Notes: generated by a model from the sequence alone, not told the origin. Positions 8,439-17,132 are shown, numbered from the stretch's first letter. The stretch: DNA of 64,000 nucleotides from an uncultured Bacilli bacterium (GCA_934096705.1 CAKOMR010000006.1:2398-66397); one strand, 5' to 3'. A program made the numbers and translations.

Positions 8439-9725
8439 TTATTTCTTAGGAACTATTTTTTCAATTCCACCCATGTATGGTCTTAATACTACTGGAATAT
8501 TAATACTTCCATCTTCATTATAATTATTTTCTACAAAAGCAATTAACGCTCTTGGAGAAGCAAGTACTGTATTATTTAATGTATGAACATAATATGTTCC
8601 ATTTTCACCTTTAGTTCTTATTTGTAATCTACGTGCTTGAGCATCAGATAAATTAGAACAACTTCCTACTTCAAAATATTTTTGTTGTCTTGGGCTCCAT
8701 GCTTCTACATCACATGATTTAACTTTAAGATCTGCTAAATCACCACTACAACATTCAAGAGTTCTTACTGGTATATCTAAACTTCTAAATAATTCAACTG
8801 TTGCTTTCCACATCTTATCATACCAATTAAAAGCATCTTCAGGCTTACATAAAACTATCATTTCTTGTTTTTCAAATTGATGAACTCTATAAACACCTTT
8901 TTCTTCAAGGCCATGGGCTCCGCCTTCTTTTCTAAAACATGGAGAATATGAAGTAAGTGCTATAGGAAGTGATTTTTCATCAACAATTTGACCTAAGAAT
9001 CTTCCTATCATTGAATGTTCACTTGTTCCTATTAAATATAAATCTTCACCTTCAATTTTATACATCATTGCTTCCATTTCTGGGAAAGACATTACTCCCT
9101 CAACTACTGATGAATGAATCATAAATGGTGGAATGCAATAAGTAAAGCCTTTATTTATCATAAAATCTCTTGCATAAGAAAGCATTGCACTATGAATTCT
9201 TGCTATATCACCGGTTAAATAATAAAATCCTTCTCCAGAAGTCCTTCCTGCACTTTCCTTATCAAGTCCGTTAAGCCTTTCCATAATATCTGCATGATAT
9301 GGTATTTCATAACTTGGAACTTTAGGTTCACCGAAACGCTCATTTTCTACATTTGCACTATCATCTTTTCCTATTGGTACACTAGGATCAATAATATTTG
9401 GTATTAAAAGCATTTTATCTCTAATATAACTTTGTAATCTTTCTTCTTCATTTGTAAGATTGGCTATTTCAGTATTAATTTCATTTACTCTTTTTTTAGC
9501 TTCCTCAACTTTATCAAATTCTTTATTTCTTACATACTCACCAATTTTTGCACTAATATTATTTTTTTCACATCTTAGTTCATCTGCTTTAGTTTTAGTT
9601 TCTCTAAACTTTTTATCTTTTTCTTCGATTTCATCAACTAAAGCAAGTTTTTCATCTTGAAATTTTTTCTTAATATTTTCCTTTACTAATTCTTTGTTTT
9701 CTCTTATTAGATTAATATCTATCAT
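8439..9725 (-). CDS. serS: Seryl-tRNA synthetase
   Basis: N-terminal coiled coil (MIDINLIRENKELV), class II core FRKEGGAHG...GVYRVHQFEKQE and TLNNTVLASPRALIA. Confidence 0.95.
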   Translation of the reverse strand: MIDINLIRENKELVKENIKKKFQDEKLALVDEIEEKDKKFRETKTKADELRCEKNNISAKIGEYVRNKEFDKVEEAKKRVNEINTEIANLTNEEERLQSYIRDKMLLIPNIIDPSVPIGKDDSANVENERFGEPKVPSYEIPYHADIMERLNGLDKESAGRTSGEGFYYLTGDIARIHSAMLSYARDFMINKGFTYCIPPFMIHSSVVEGVMSFPEMEAMMYKIEGEDLYLIGTSEHSMIGRFLGQIVDEKSLPIALTSYSPCFRKEGGAHGLEEKGVYRVHQFEKQEMIVLCKPEDAFNWYDKMWKATVELFRSLDIPVRTLECCSGDLADLKVKSCDVEAWSPRQQKYFEVGSCSNLSDAQARRLQIRTKGENGTYYVHTLNNTVLASPRALIAFVENNYNEDGSINIPVVLRPYMGGIEKIVPKK

Positions 9726-9745
9726 TTTATATCCTTCCTTTCAAT

Positions 9746-9942
9746 AAAAAAACACCAAACCACTCCTTAAGGAGCAATTCTGCGGTGCCATCCTTTATAT
9801 TACTTAATTATTCTTTAACGGAAATTACCCGAAGTTGATTAGACTTTCTAGAAAGTAGATTCATAAATATTTATTTGTTAACTTTCACCAAGCGTTAACT
9901 CTCTTAAAAATAACATATTTATTACTAATCTTTCATAACTGA
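9746..9942 (-). promoter_or_regulatory. T-box leader (Ser specifier) controlling serS
   Basis: Minus strand shows GAAAGATTAGTA and AGAGAGTTAACGCTTGGTGAAAG. Specifier GAA-TCT-A at 9857-9859. T-box AAAGGATGGCACCGCAG. Terminator CACC...CTCCTTAAGGAG...GGTG plus T7. Confidence 0.8.
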
Positions 9943-10006
9943 TTTACAAATTTATTTTAACATTCAATTATAATTTTTACAAGGAGAAATTTCATATATT
10001 TACCAG

Positions 10007-10034
10007 TTGAATTTTTTTATATTTTAGATATAAT
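10007..10034 (+). promoter_or_regulatory. Sigma-A type promoter of the Y-family polymerase operon
   Basis: TTGAAT (10007-10012), 16 nt, TATAAT (10029-10034). Confidence 0.5.
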
Positions 10035-10040
10035 GTAATT

Positions 10041-10054
10041 GAAACATTTGTTTG
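10041..10054. promoter_or_regulatory. Weak LexA (Cheo/SOS) box candidate
   Basis: GAAACATTTGTTTG matches 10 of 14 positions of CGAACATATGTTCG. It has the AAC-N4-GTT core but lacks the G2/C13 positions. It lies between the -10 and the RBS of a Y-family polymerase gene. Confidence 0.3.
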
Positions 10055-10065
10055 TAAGGAGGATT

Positions 10066-11328
10066 ATGGAAACATTATTTAAAGAAAGACATATTCTTTG
10101 TATTGATTTAAAAAGTTTTTTTGCTTCATGTGAGTGTATAAGACTTAATAAAGATCCATTTTCATATCCTTTGGTTGTAGCAAATCCTAATCAAGGCGAT
10201 GGAGCTATTACTTTAGCGGTTACGCCATATCTAAAAACTTTAGGAGTCCCCTCTCGAGGAAGAATATTTGAAATAGATAAAAAGATTAAATATGATATAA
10301 TTATGCCTCATATGAATTATTACATTGCTAAAAGTAAAGAAGTTGTTAGTGTTTATTTAAATTATGTTGCAAAAGAAGATTTACATATTTATTCAATTGA
10401 TGAATGTTTTTTAGACGTTACTCATTACTTAAAATTATATAAAAAAACTGATTATGAACTTGCACTAGAAATTTTAGATAAAGTAAAAAACGTAACTGGT
10501 TTAACTGCAACATGTGGAATTGGTCCAAATATGCTTCTTGCAAAAGTTTCGATGGATATTGAAGCAAAACATAACAAAGATTGCATTAGTAAATGGGGAT
10601 ACGAAGATGTACCTACAAAACTGTGGAATATTAAGCCTTTAAGTGGTATGTGGGGCATCGGTAAAAATATGGAAAGAAATTTAAACTCTATGGGCATTTT
10701 TTCTATTGGAGATTTAGCAAAAATGAAACCGGGTATTTTAAAGGATAAATTTGGAATTATCGGGCTTGAACTTTGGAACCACGCAAATGGTATTGATAAT
10801 AGTGAAATATCTGATTTTAATAAAATTTCTAAAGACAAGTCCTATTCTAACTCACAGGTTTTATTTAAAGATTATAATGAAAATAATATTTTTATAATAA
10901 TAAATGAAATGATTGATAACTTAACTGAAAGATTAAGAAAAAATAATAAAGAATGTAAAGTTTTTGGTTTAGGAATAAGTTATTCTAAAAATACACCCGG
11001 TGGTTTTTACCATAATATTAAACTTGATTGTCCGACTGATAAAGCAAGCGATTTTATTAAGTATGCTAATATTATTTTTGATAGATATTATGAAAAACTT
11101 CCTATTAGAAAAGTAACTGTTTGTGCTGGCTCTTTAATTTCTAAAAGTGGCACTCAATTAAATTTATTTGAAAATTATGATGATATAAAAAAAGAAGATA
11201 ATATCAATGATGTAATTGATGAAATTAAGAAAAAATTTGGAAAAAATAGCGTTTTGAAAGCATCAAGTTTATTAAGTGACTCAACAATTAAAGAACGTAA
11301 TAAAAAAGTTGGTGGTCATAGTGCATAA
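10066..11328 (+). CDS. Y-family DNA polymerase (UvrX/YqjW/UmuC-like translesion polymerase)
   Basis: ILCIDLKSFFASCECI, YSIDECFLDVT and GIGPNMLLAKVSMDIEAKH are palm and finger motifs of the ImpB/MucB/SamB family. AGGAGG RBS before ATG 10066. Confidence 0.9.
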   Translation: METLFKERHILCIDLKSFFASCECIRLNKDPFSYPLVVANPNQGDGAITLAVTPYLKTLGVPSRGRIFEIDKKIKYDIIMPHMNYYIAKSKEVVSVYLNYVAKEDLHIYSIDECFLDVTHYLKLYKKTDYELALEILDKVKNVTGLTATCGIGPNMLLAKVSMDIEAKHNKDCISKWGYEDVPTKLWNIKPLSGMWGIGKNMERNLNSMGIFSIGDLAKMKPGILKDKFGIIGLELWNHANGIDNSEISDFNKISKDKSYSNSQVLFKDYNENNIFIIINEMIDNLTERLRKNNKECKVFGLGISYSKNTPGGFYHNIKLDCPTDKASDFIKYANIIFDRYYEKLPIRKVTVCAGSLISKSGTQLNLFENYDDIKKEDNINDVIDEIKKKFGKNSVLKASSLLSDSTIKERNKKVGGHSA

Positions 11329-11635
11329 TATAGAACGTGGTATTATTAAATGGATGCCTTTTAACTCGGTTATTTCCAGCAAAGAAGTTGTAAATAGTAT
11401 TTTAAAAGAAAAAAGTAAAATCAAAATGCCTATTCTTTCTGAAGAACAAGTTATTAATATTGAAAAAACTTTAATATTAGCTTTTTATAGTAATGTAAAA
11501 ATAAAGGTTTTTTATTATAAAAATGGAAATATTGAAAATATAAATGGATACATAAAAAAAATAGACCCTACTTATCGTAAAATCTATTTTGAAAATAAAA
11601 CTATTTTATTTAATCAAATCATAAAAATTATTTAA
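11321..11635 (+). CDS. yolD: YolD-like protein (accessory partner of UvrX/YqjW-type polymerases)
   Basis: VHNIERGIIKWMPFNSVIS... contains the YolD RG-x-x-KW-x-PF motif. GTG start at 11321 overlaps the end of the polymerase gene. Size and position are typical. Confidence 0.65.
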   Translation: MHNIERGIIKWMPFNSVISSKEVVNSILKEKSKIKMPILSEEQVINIEKTLILAFYSNVKIKVFYYKNGNIENINGYIKKIDPTYRKIYFENKTILFNQIIKII

Positions 11636-12578
11636 CTAAGAAAAAGTTTCTTACAACGAAATAAAGAATTACTAATGCTACAACAACCACTACTACAGTA
11701 CAAATAATTTTAACTGGCTTACTTACTTTAGGTAATTCAGCTTTATTATTGTTTTCTGTTTGTCCTTCCATTACAGGAGCACTTTCCATTACAGGAGCAG
11801 TTTGATTAAAATTAACATTTTGTGTTACTTCAGGTTGTATTGGTGCTACTGTAGTTTGTGGATTTTCTGCTTGTGTTGAAACTGGAGTTTCAGTTGTTTG
11901 AACAGCAGATGCAGTAACTGGCGCTTGCATTTCAGTATTTTGTACTGGTGTACTTACCTCTTGTTGTACAATTTCTGAAGTAACAGGCGCTACATCACTA
12001 CTTATAGGAGTTTCACTAACAGTAGGTGTTGGTGTTTCAACATTAGGCATTTGTACTATAGGCTCAGCTACAGGTGCTTGTTCTACTACTGGAGATTGCA
12101 TTTCAGTTGGAGTTTCAACTTCTGGCGTCATAGTAACTGGTGCTACTGGCTCACCATAAGTTTCTGGAGTACTTTCTACTGAAACTTCTGAAGTTGTAAC
12201 AACTGGTGTATCAACTATTGGTGATTCAACAGTTGGCATTTGCACTATTGGTTCTGATACAGGTGTATTTTCTACTACTGGAGATTGCATTTCAGTTGGA
12301 ACTTCAACTTCCGGCATCATAGTAACTGGTGCTACTGGTTCACTATAAGTTTCTGGAGTACTTTCTACTGAAACTTCTGGAGTTGTAACAATCGGTGTGT
12401 CAATTACTGGTTGCTCTACAGCCACTTCACTTACAGATTCATTAAAAGTCTGTGAAGGTGCTACTATCTGTGCAGAAGTTTCCACAGTAGGCATTTGTAC
12501 AACTGGTTCTGATACAGGTGCATTATTTTCTTCATTTACTTTTGGTAACTCAATTTTAAAATCGTTATTTTCTTCCAT
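11628..12578 (-). CDS. Tail-anchored P/V/T/E-rich repeat protein, unknown function
   Basis: Low-complexity acidic Pro/Val/Thr/Glu sequence with 63-aa tandem repeats. Single C-terminal TM KIICTVVVVVVALVILYFVV and no N-terminal signal peptide. Own RBS and ATG at 12578. Confidence 0.6.
   Translation of the reverse strand: MEENNDFKIELPKVNEENNAPVSEPVVQMPTVETSAQIVAPSQTFNESVSEVAVEQPVIDTPIVTTPEVSVESTPETYSEPVAPVTMMPEVEVPTEMQSPVVENTPVSEPIVQMPTVESPIVDTPVVTTSEVSVESTPETYGEPVAPVTMTPEVETPTEMQSPVVEQAPVAEPIVQMPNVETPTPTVSETPISSDVAPVTSEIVQQEVSTPVQNTEMQAPVTASAVQTTETPVSTQAENPQTTVAPIQPEVTQNVNFNQTAPVMESAPVMEGQTENNNKAELPKVSKPVKIICTVVVVVVALVILYFVVRNFFLVK
12024..12518. repeat. Intragenic tandem repeat, 189-bp unit, about 2.3 copies (first copy carries a 25-codon insertion)
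   Basis: ACTACTGGAGATTGCATTTCAGTTGGA recurs about 189 bp apart. Protein units run PVSEPIVQMPTVE...TPETY[SG]EPVAPVTM[MT]PEVE[VT]PTEMQSPVVE. Confidence 0.8.
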
Positions 12579-12608
12579 ATTATCATACCTCTATTATAAT
12601 TATGACAT

Positions 12609-12654
12609 AAAAAAGAAAATATTCCTAGTACTAAATGAATATTTTCTTTTTTTT
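12609..12654 (-). terminator. Terminator after the spoIIAA-sigF-spoVA operon (bidirectional hairpin)
   Basis: 11-bp stem AGAAAATATTC / GAATATTTTCT (12614-12624 / 12637-12647) flanked by A- and T-runs. Confidence 0.65.
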
Positions 12655-12657
12655 ATG

Positions 12658-13008
12658 TTAATTTTTTGGTTTACAAAATATTGTAATTATAAAAGCAAAT
12701 ACTATTGCTCCAGTTATTGCTAATGAACTTTTACAAAGAAGTCCTGAAAAAATTCCAATTAACCCACTATTTTCAAAACCTTCCATTCCACCTAAAAAAA
12801 GCATATTTCCAAAATTCATTATTAATGATGTTGCGCCAATTCCACATTTTTCTATTAAGGATGGATAGATTCCAAAAAATGATAGAAGAGCACCAACTAC
12901 AGTAAAAATTGAAGTTATATGTCCCAGAGTTAATTTGGAATTATCAAGTATTATTTGTCCTAACATACAAATGAAACCGGCAAATAAAAACGCATTTAAA
13001 TAAATCAT
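12658..13008 (-). CDS. spoVAE: Stage V sporulation protein AE (SpoVAEB-type membrane protein)
   Basis: 116-aa polytopic protein (GQIILDNSKLTLGHITSIFTVVGALL) directly after spoVAD with a 4-nt overlap. Canonical AC-AD-AE order. Confidence 0.85.
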   Translation of the reverse strand: MIYLNAFLFAGFICMLGQIILDNSKLTLGHITSIFTVVGALLSFFGIYPSLIEKCGIGATSLIMNFGNMLFLGGMEGFENSGLIGIFSGLLCKSSLAITGAIVFAFIITIFCKPKN

Positions 13009-13979
13009 GATATCACCTCAATTTTAACTAAATGACTTATCGCAGGAACCGTTTGATGTTGATTTACTAAAACAGGTGTGTGCAAAGAACCACTTCCCAC
13101 AAGAAGAATTTTTTTATAACGTTTATTCTTAAGGATTTTAGTAAAGAATATAAGTGGCAAACAGCAAGGTCCAGAACCACCTGCAAACATATCACTTGCT
13201 AAAAATATTTCACTACCAGCATCCATTATTTTTGTTAAGCGACTTCCATAAGCTCTTTCATAATATTCTTTTAAAATTTCTAAACCCACGCTACCTAAAT
13301 CCCCTGTTAAAATTAAGTCATAATCTTTCGCATTTTCTTTACCATTTTCTAAAAATGTGTGTATTGTATCAGCGCAGGCTGGAGCCATTATAGCTCCCAT
13401 ATGATTTACATCATTGATTCCTAAGTTTATAACTTTGCCGATTAGTCCACCAGAAATTTTGATATTTGTTTTATCGTTAGATAGAAGCGCACCAACACTC
13501 GCAGTTAAAGTACATGTTGATGTTTTAGGTTTCGGTGAACCATATTCAACAGGATATCGATATTGTCTTTCGGCAGTTAAATTGTGTGAAGAAGTAAGAG
13601 CAATAATATTTTTAGCATTTTTACTCTCTATTAGATTTGCTCCTAGTATTACTGATAATGGAAAAGTAGCACAAGCTGCATAAACTCCCACAAAAGGAAT
13701 TAAATAATCCATCATAGTATAACTTGTTATAGCAATCTGATTAATTAAATCTCCACCTACTACATAATTTATACTATTTTCACTTAAATTATTTCTATTT
13801 AATAAATTTTGAATAACTACTTTTTGCATTTTAATTTCCGCAAGTTCAAAAGTTTTTTCACCAAAATAACTATCTTTAAAACCTAAATCATAATTTGTTA
13901 TCTTACTATCTTTTTCTTTGGGACCTACTAAAGTAAAATAATCTTTAATATAAACATTATTAAATTTAATATTACCCAT
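13005..13979 (-). CDS. spoVAD: Stage V sporulation protein AD (thiolase-fold)
   Basis: 324 aa. FGEKTFELAE...VGGDLINQI...GVYAACATF...AGGSGPCC is typical of SpoVAD. Confidence 0.9.
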   Translation of the reverse strand: MGNIKFNNVYIKDYFTLVGPKEKDSKITNYDLGFKDSYFGEKTFELAEIKMQKVVIQNLLNRNNLSENSINYVVGGDLINQIAITSYTMMDYLIPFVGVYAACATFPLSVILGANLIESKNAKNIIALTSSHNLTAERQYRYPVEYGSPKPKTSTCTLTASVGALLSNDKTNIKISGGLIGKVINLGINDVNHMGAIMAPACADTIHTFLENGKENAKDYDLILTGDLGSVGLEILKEYYERAYGSRLTKIMDAGSEIFLASDMFAGGSGPCCLPLIFFTKILKNKRYKKILLVGSGSLHTPVLVNQHQTVPAISHLVKIEVIS

Positions 13980-14409
13980 AAAATACCACCTTTATTATAC
14001 ATAAGAAAAATGCAGAAATTATACCATATAATATTACAGAACCCGCTAGTTTAAAAAAATTTGCACCAAGTCCCGTAATCATACCATCTTTTTTATATTC
14101 TAAAGCACAGCTTGTTATACTATGAGCAAATCCTGTCGTAGGAATAATTAAACCACATTTGGTTTTAATTACCCAATCATCAAAAAATCCAAGTCCTGTA
14201 AATAATGCTGCAAGAAAAATTATTACTAAACAAACAACACTATAACTCATCATTTTTGAAATACCAAAAGTTAAAACAAGTAATCTTGATAAAATTTGAC
14301 CACCTAAGCCTATTAATCCTCCAACTAAAAAAGCTATAAGTGCATTCTTTACTCTTTTTTCTTTAGGATATTTTTCCTTTACAAGTTTTTTATATTCTTC
14401 TTTGTCCAA
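13972..14409 (-). CDS. spoVAC: Stage V sporulation protein AC
   Basis: 145-aa membrane protein (NALIAFLVGGLIGLGGQIL...IIPTTGFAHSI) in the SpoVAC/SpoVAEB family, first of the AC-AD-AE trio. Confidence 0.85.
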   Translation of the reverse strand: MDKEEYKKLVKEKYPKEKRVKNALIAFLVGGLIGLGGQILSRLLVLTFGISKMMSYSVVCLVIIFLAALFTGLGFFDDWVIKTKCGLIIPTTGFAHSITSCALEYKKDGMITGLGANFFKLAGSVILYGIISAFFLCIIKVVFYG

Positions 14410-14455
14410 AATAAAATCACCATTATTATTATTTTAAATATGGTGATTTTTATAC

Positions 14456-15094
14456 TTATAAAGTCATATACTCTCTCATTTTTTGAATACCTTTTTTCTC
14501 ATATCTTGAAACCATTACTTGAGTCATTCTAAGTTTTCTTGCAACTTCACTTTGAGTTAAATCATCAAAATATCTCGATTTAATAATACTCTTTTCGTCT
14601 TCAGAAAGTACACTTAAACCTTCATCTAAGAATAATTTATCATCTAAAGAAGTTCTTTCCTCTTTTTTAATAATATCATATAATGGTGCATTTTCAGCGC
14701 TATCTAAACTCATCACAGCTTGACCTGCTATTACAGCATCATAAATTTTAACTGGATCCATTTCTAAGAAATTTGCAACTTCATTATAACTTGGAACATG
14801 GCCAAGCTTTTGAGCCAAAGAAAATCTAGTTTGTTCAATTAATTTATATAAATTTAAAACTTCTCTATTTATTTTCATACTTCGATTATTAACAAGTAAA
14901 TACATTTCTCCATAAATTGAAGTATATGCAAAACTTGAAAACTTTGCTCCATAACTAGGATCATAATTCTTAAAGGCTTTTAATAAACCTAGAACACCTG
15001 CTTGAAATAAATCTTCTTTCGGATAACCATAAAACTTCTTTGCTATTTCATAAATTAAACCAGCATTTTCGTTAATGATTTGTTCTTTAGTCAT
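14456..15094 (-). CDS. sigF: Sporulation-type group-3 sigma factor (SigF-like), short 212-aa form
   Basis: Region 2 DLFQAGVLGLLKAFKNYDPSYGAKFSSFAYTSIYGEM and region 4 LTQSEVARKLRMTQVMVSRYEKKGIQKM resemble SigF/SigG. The gene sits between a spoIIAA-like gene and spoVA. Confidence 0.8.
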   Translation of the reverse strand: MTKEQIINENAGLIYEIAKKFYGYPKEDLFQAGVLGLLKAFKNYDPSYGAKFSSFAYTSIYGEMYLLVNNRSMKINREVLNLYKLIEQTRFSLAQKLGHVPSYNEVANFLEMDPVKIYDAVIAGQAVMSLDSAENAPLYDIIKKEERTSLDDKLFLDEGLSVLSEDEKSIIKSRYFDDLTQSEVARKLRMTQVMVSRYEKKGIQKMREYMTL

Positions 15095-15097
15095 TTT

Positions 15098-15430
15098 TTA
15101 AACCTCAATTAATTTTGATGCCACTAATTCATTATCAATCTTTTTTATGTGTAATTTATGTAATTTTTTATTTAAATAATCACTTACTTCACAAAAATAT
15201 ATTACTCCTTTATTACTTTTTATAGCAAACTTTGTATTTAATAAAGCTTCAATTCCAGTTTCATCAATATCCTCTAAAGCATATAAATTGTAAACTAAAT
15301 ATTTAATTTTATGTTTTAATATAACTGGCACTAGATAATTATTAACTTTATATGTTGTAGCCCTATTAAGCATTCCATCTAATCTAACAAATAAAATACC
15401 TTTATTGAATTCTAAATTCATTTTTAACAT
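15098..15430 (-). CDS. spoIIAA: STAS-domain anti-sigma-factor antagonist (SpoIIAA-like)
   Basis: GILFVRLDGMLN...YLVYNLYALEDIDETGIEALL aligns without gaps to the SpoIIAA RLTGELD...LNLEDLSFMDSSGLGV region (reference recalled from memory). RBS AAAGGAAAA before ATG 15430. Confidence 0.7.
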   Translation of the reverse strand: MLKMNLEFNKGILFVRLDGMLNRATTYKVNNYLVPVILKHKIKYLVYNLYALEDIDETGIEALLNTKFAIKSNKGVIYFCEVSDYLNKKLHKLHIKKIDNELVASKLIEV

Positions 15431-15566
15431 ATTATTTTCCTTTGCTACAAACAATATAGTTCAATTTTTTTATAATTTAAACAACTTCGACAAAAGATAT
15501 CAAAAGTTTTAACTGCTTATTAGTTAAAACAAATAAAAATCGACAAAAAAAGTAAATAAATCAATA

Positions 15567-16799
15567 TTATTTACTACAAAAATTATAATCATATTTAAAG
15601 TTTTTATCTAAAACGAAATATTTATTATCAGAGCAATTTATTACATTAAAATATTCTCCTTCATATACACTCATTATTTTATTTTCTGCAAAATAACTAA
15701 TTTTAACAAGTGATAATATAGGATTAAAATCATAATCTTTTGCTGCTTGATTTAAGCTAATTTGTGTACCATCAATTGTATAAATTATATCCTTCATATT
15801 AACTAAATAATACGTATTTTCATTTAAAAAGATTTCATTTGTCTTAGTATCACTAATTAGCCTTACATCCGTTACTATTTTTTCTTTTACAATATTTAGT
15901 TTTTTTAAATCTTTTTCATTAAAAAAATTATTTAATATACTATCTTTTAATGAATAGTTATTTTTGCCTTTCTTGACGTTACCAGTATATTTACATAATG
16001 AATAATATCTATAATTATTAATGCTAGTAAGATAAGTTTTATTTTCTTCTACACATTTTAAATTACTATAATTAACTTTATTTTCATAAATATTATTTAA
16101 TATTAAAAATGCATAATAAAGAAAGATTATAAATGATAAATATATGAAAACATAATAAAGAAATTTAAATATTATATTTTCACTTTTCTTTTCAAAAAAT
16201 AAATCATATATAATTTTTTTAAGTCTTGTATTATAAACTATTAAAAAAGTAATTATCACTCCACTTATATTTAAAATAACATCATCAATATCAAATGAAC
16301 CAATATTAGTAAAATATTGAACACTTTCAATTGTTAAAGTTAAAATTAATATAAATAAACCAAAGTATTTGATATTTTTTAATTTTTTACAAATTATTGG
16401 AAGCAGTATTGCTAAAGGTGAAAGCATTAAAAAATTACCTAAAATATTATAAATTGCAAAACTTTTCGAAGTTTTAAATAATTTTACTATTCCAATAAAA
16501 GGAATAATATTATAGTTACGTAACAAAATTTTATTTGTTGTAAGATAGTTTGCTCTACTTGAAAAAAATACAAAACCTATTAGCATTACAAAATACATTG
16601 TTAAATAATATATAATAATCTTTTTATCTTTTTCATAATAAATTAAATAAAATAACATTGCTAAAACTGGAAATACTAAAACTAAAATATTTTCAAGTTC
16701 TTTTTTACCAGTTCCTAAATTTATATTAAAAATAAACATAACAAGAAAATATATAACTATTGATATTATAAAAATAATTAAGTTTAAGTATTTTTTCAT
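15567..16799 (-). CDS. VanZ-family membrane protein with an extra C-terminal ~170-aa extracytoplasmic domain
   Basis: YNIIPFIGIVKLF and FDIDDVILNISGVIITFLIV are VanZ motifs. A further TM follows, then a soluble Cys-containing tail. Confidence 0.6.
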   Translation of the reverse strand: MKKYLNLIIFIISIVIYFLVMFIFNINLGTGKKELENILVLVFPVLAMLFYLIYYEKDKKIIIYYLTMYFVMLIGFVFFSSRANYLTTNKILLRNYNIIPFIGIVKLFKTSKSFAIYNILGNFLMLSPLAILLPIICKKLKNIKYFGLFILILTLTIESVQYFTNIGSFDIDDVILNISGVIITFLIVYNTRLKKIIYDLFFEKKSENIIFKFLYYVFIYLSFIIFLYYAFLILNNIYENKVNYSNLKCVEENKTYLTSINNYRYYSLCKYTGNVKKGKNNYSLKDSILNNFFNEKDLKKLNIVKEKIVTDVRLISDTKTNEIFLNENTYYLVNMKDIIYTIDGTQISLNQAAKDYDFNPILSLVKISYFAENKIMSVYEGEYFNVINCSDNKYFVLDKNFKYDYNFCSK

Positions 16800-16805
16800 A
16801 AAATC

Positions 16806-17060
16806 CTATTTATTAATATTAGTCATACCTTTTATAACTTCATTAAATATTTTTGCAGCTTTTTGCTTTTTTAATTCATCTGTTATATCATTTACTAAAT
16901 ATTTATCATCATGAATTTCATATGTTCCAAAAATTACATTAAGTCTATTATTTTCATCATAGGTATTATCTGTATAGAAGATATATTTATATCCTTGACT
17001 ATCTTCATATGTAAACATTAAAAAATATTTTTTACCATCAATTTCTACAATATCTTTCAT
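16806..17060 (-). CDS. Small acidic protein, DUF1292-like (tentative)
   Basis: 84 aa. The pattern IVEIDGKKYFLMFTYEDSQGYKYIFY...NVIFGTYEI..DKYLVNDITDE resembles DUF1292 by eye. Confidence 0.35.
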   Translation of the reverse strand: MKDIVEIDGKKYFLMFTYEDSQGYKYIFYTDNTYDENNRLNVIFGTYEIHDDKYLVNDITDELKKQKAAKIFNEVIKGMTNINK

Positions 17061-17107
17061 TCTTACCTCTTTTGCTTATTATAAATTATATTTTTTTATA
17101 ATTCAAT

Positions 17108-17131
17108 TAAAAAAAGTGAATTTAATCACTT
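17108..17131 (-). terminator. Rho-independent terminator
   Basis: Hairpin AAGTGA/TCACTT (17114-17119 / 17126-17131) with a minus-strand T-run, immediately after the stop at 17133. Confidence 0.55.
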
Positions 17132-17132
17132 T

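Noticed and set aside
10007-11635. Y-family polymerase plus YolD as a marker of an SPbeta-like prophage
   Set aside because: No phage structural, integrase or repressor genes flank the pair. It sits between serS and the sporulation operon, so it looks like a chromosomal yqjW-type module.
10452-13683. Antisense ORFs 10452-10838(-), 12397-12723(+), 12705-12905(+), 13154-13393(+) and 13414-13683(+)
   Set aside because: Each lies inside, and opposite to, a gene with clear family motifs (Y-family polymerase, the repeat protein, spoVAE, spoVAD). None has independent start signals.
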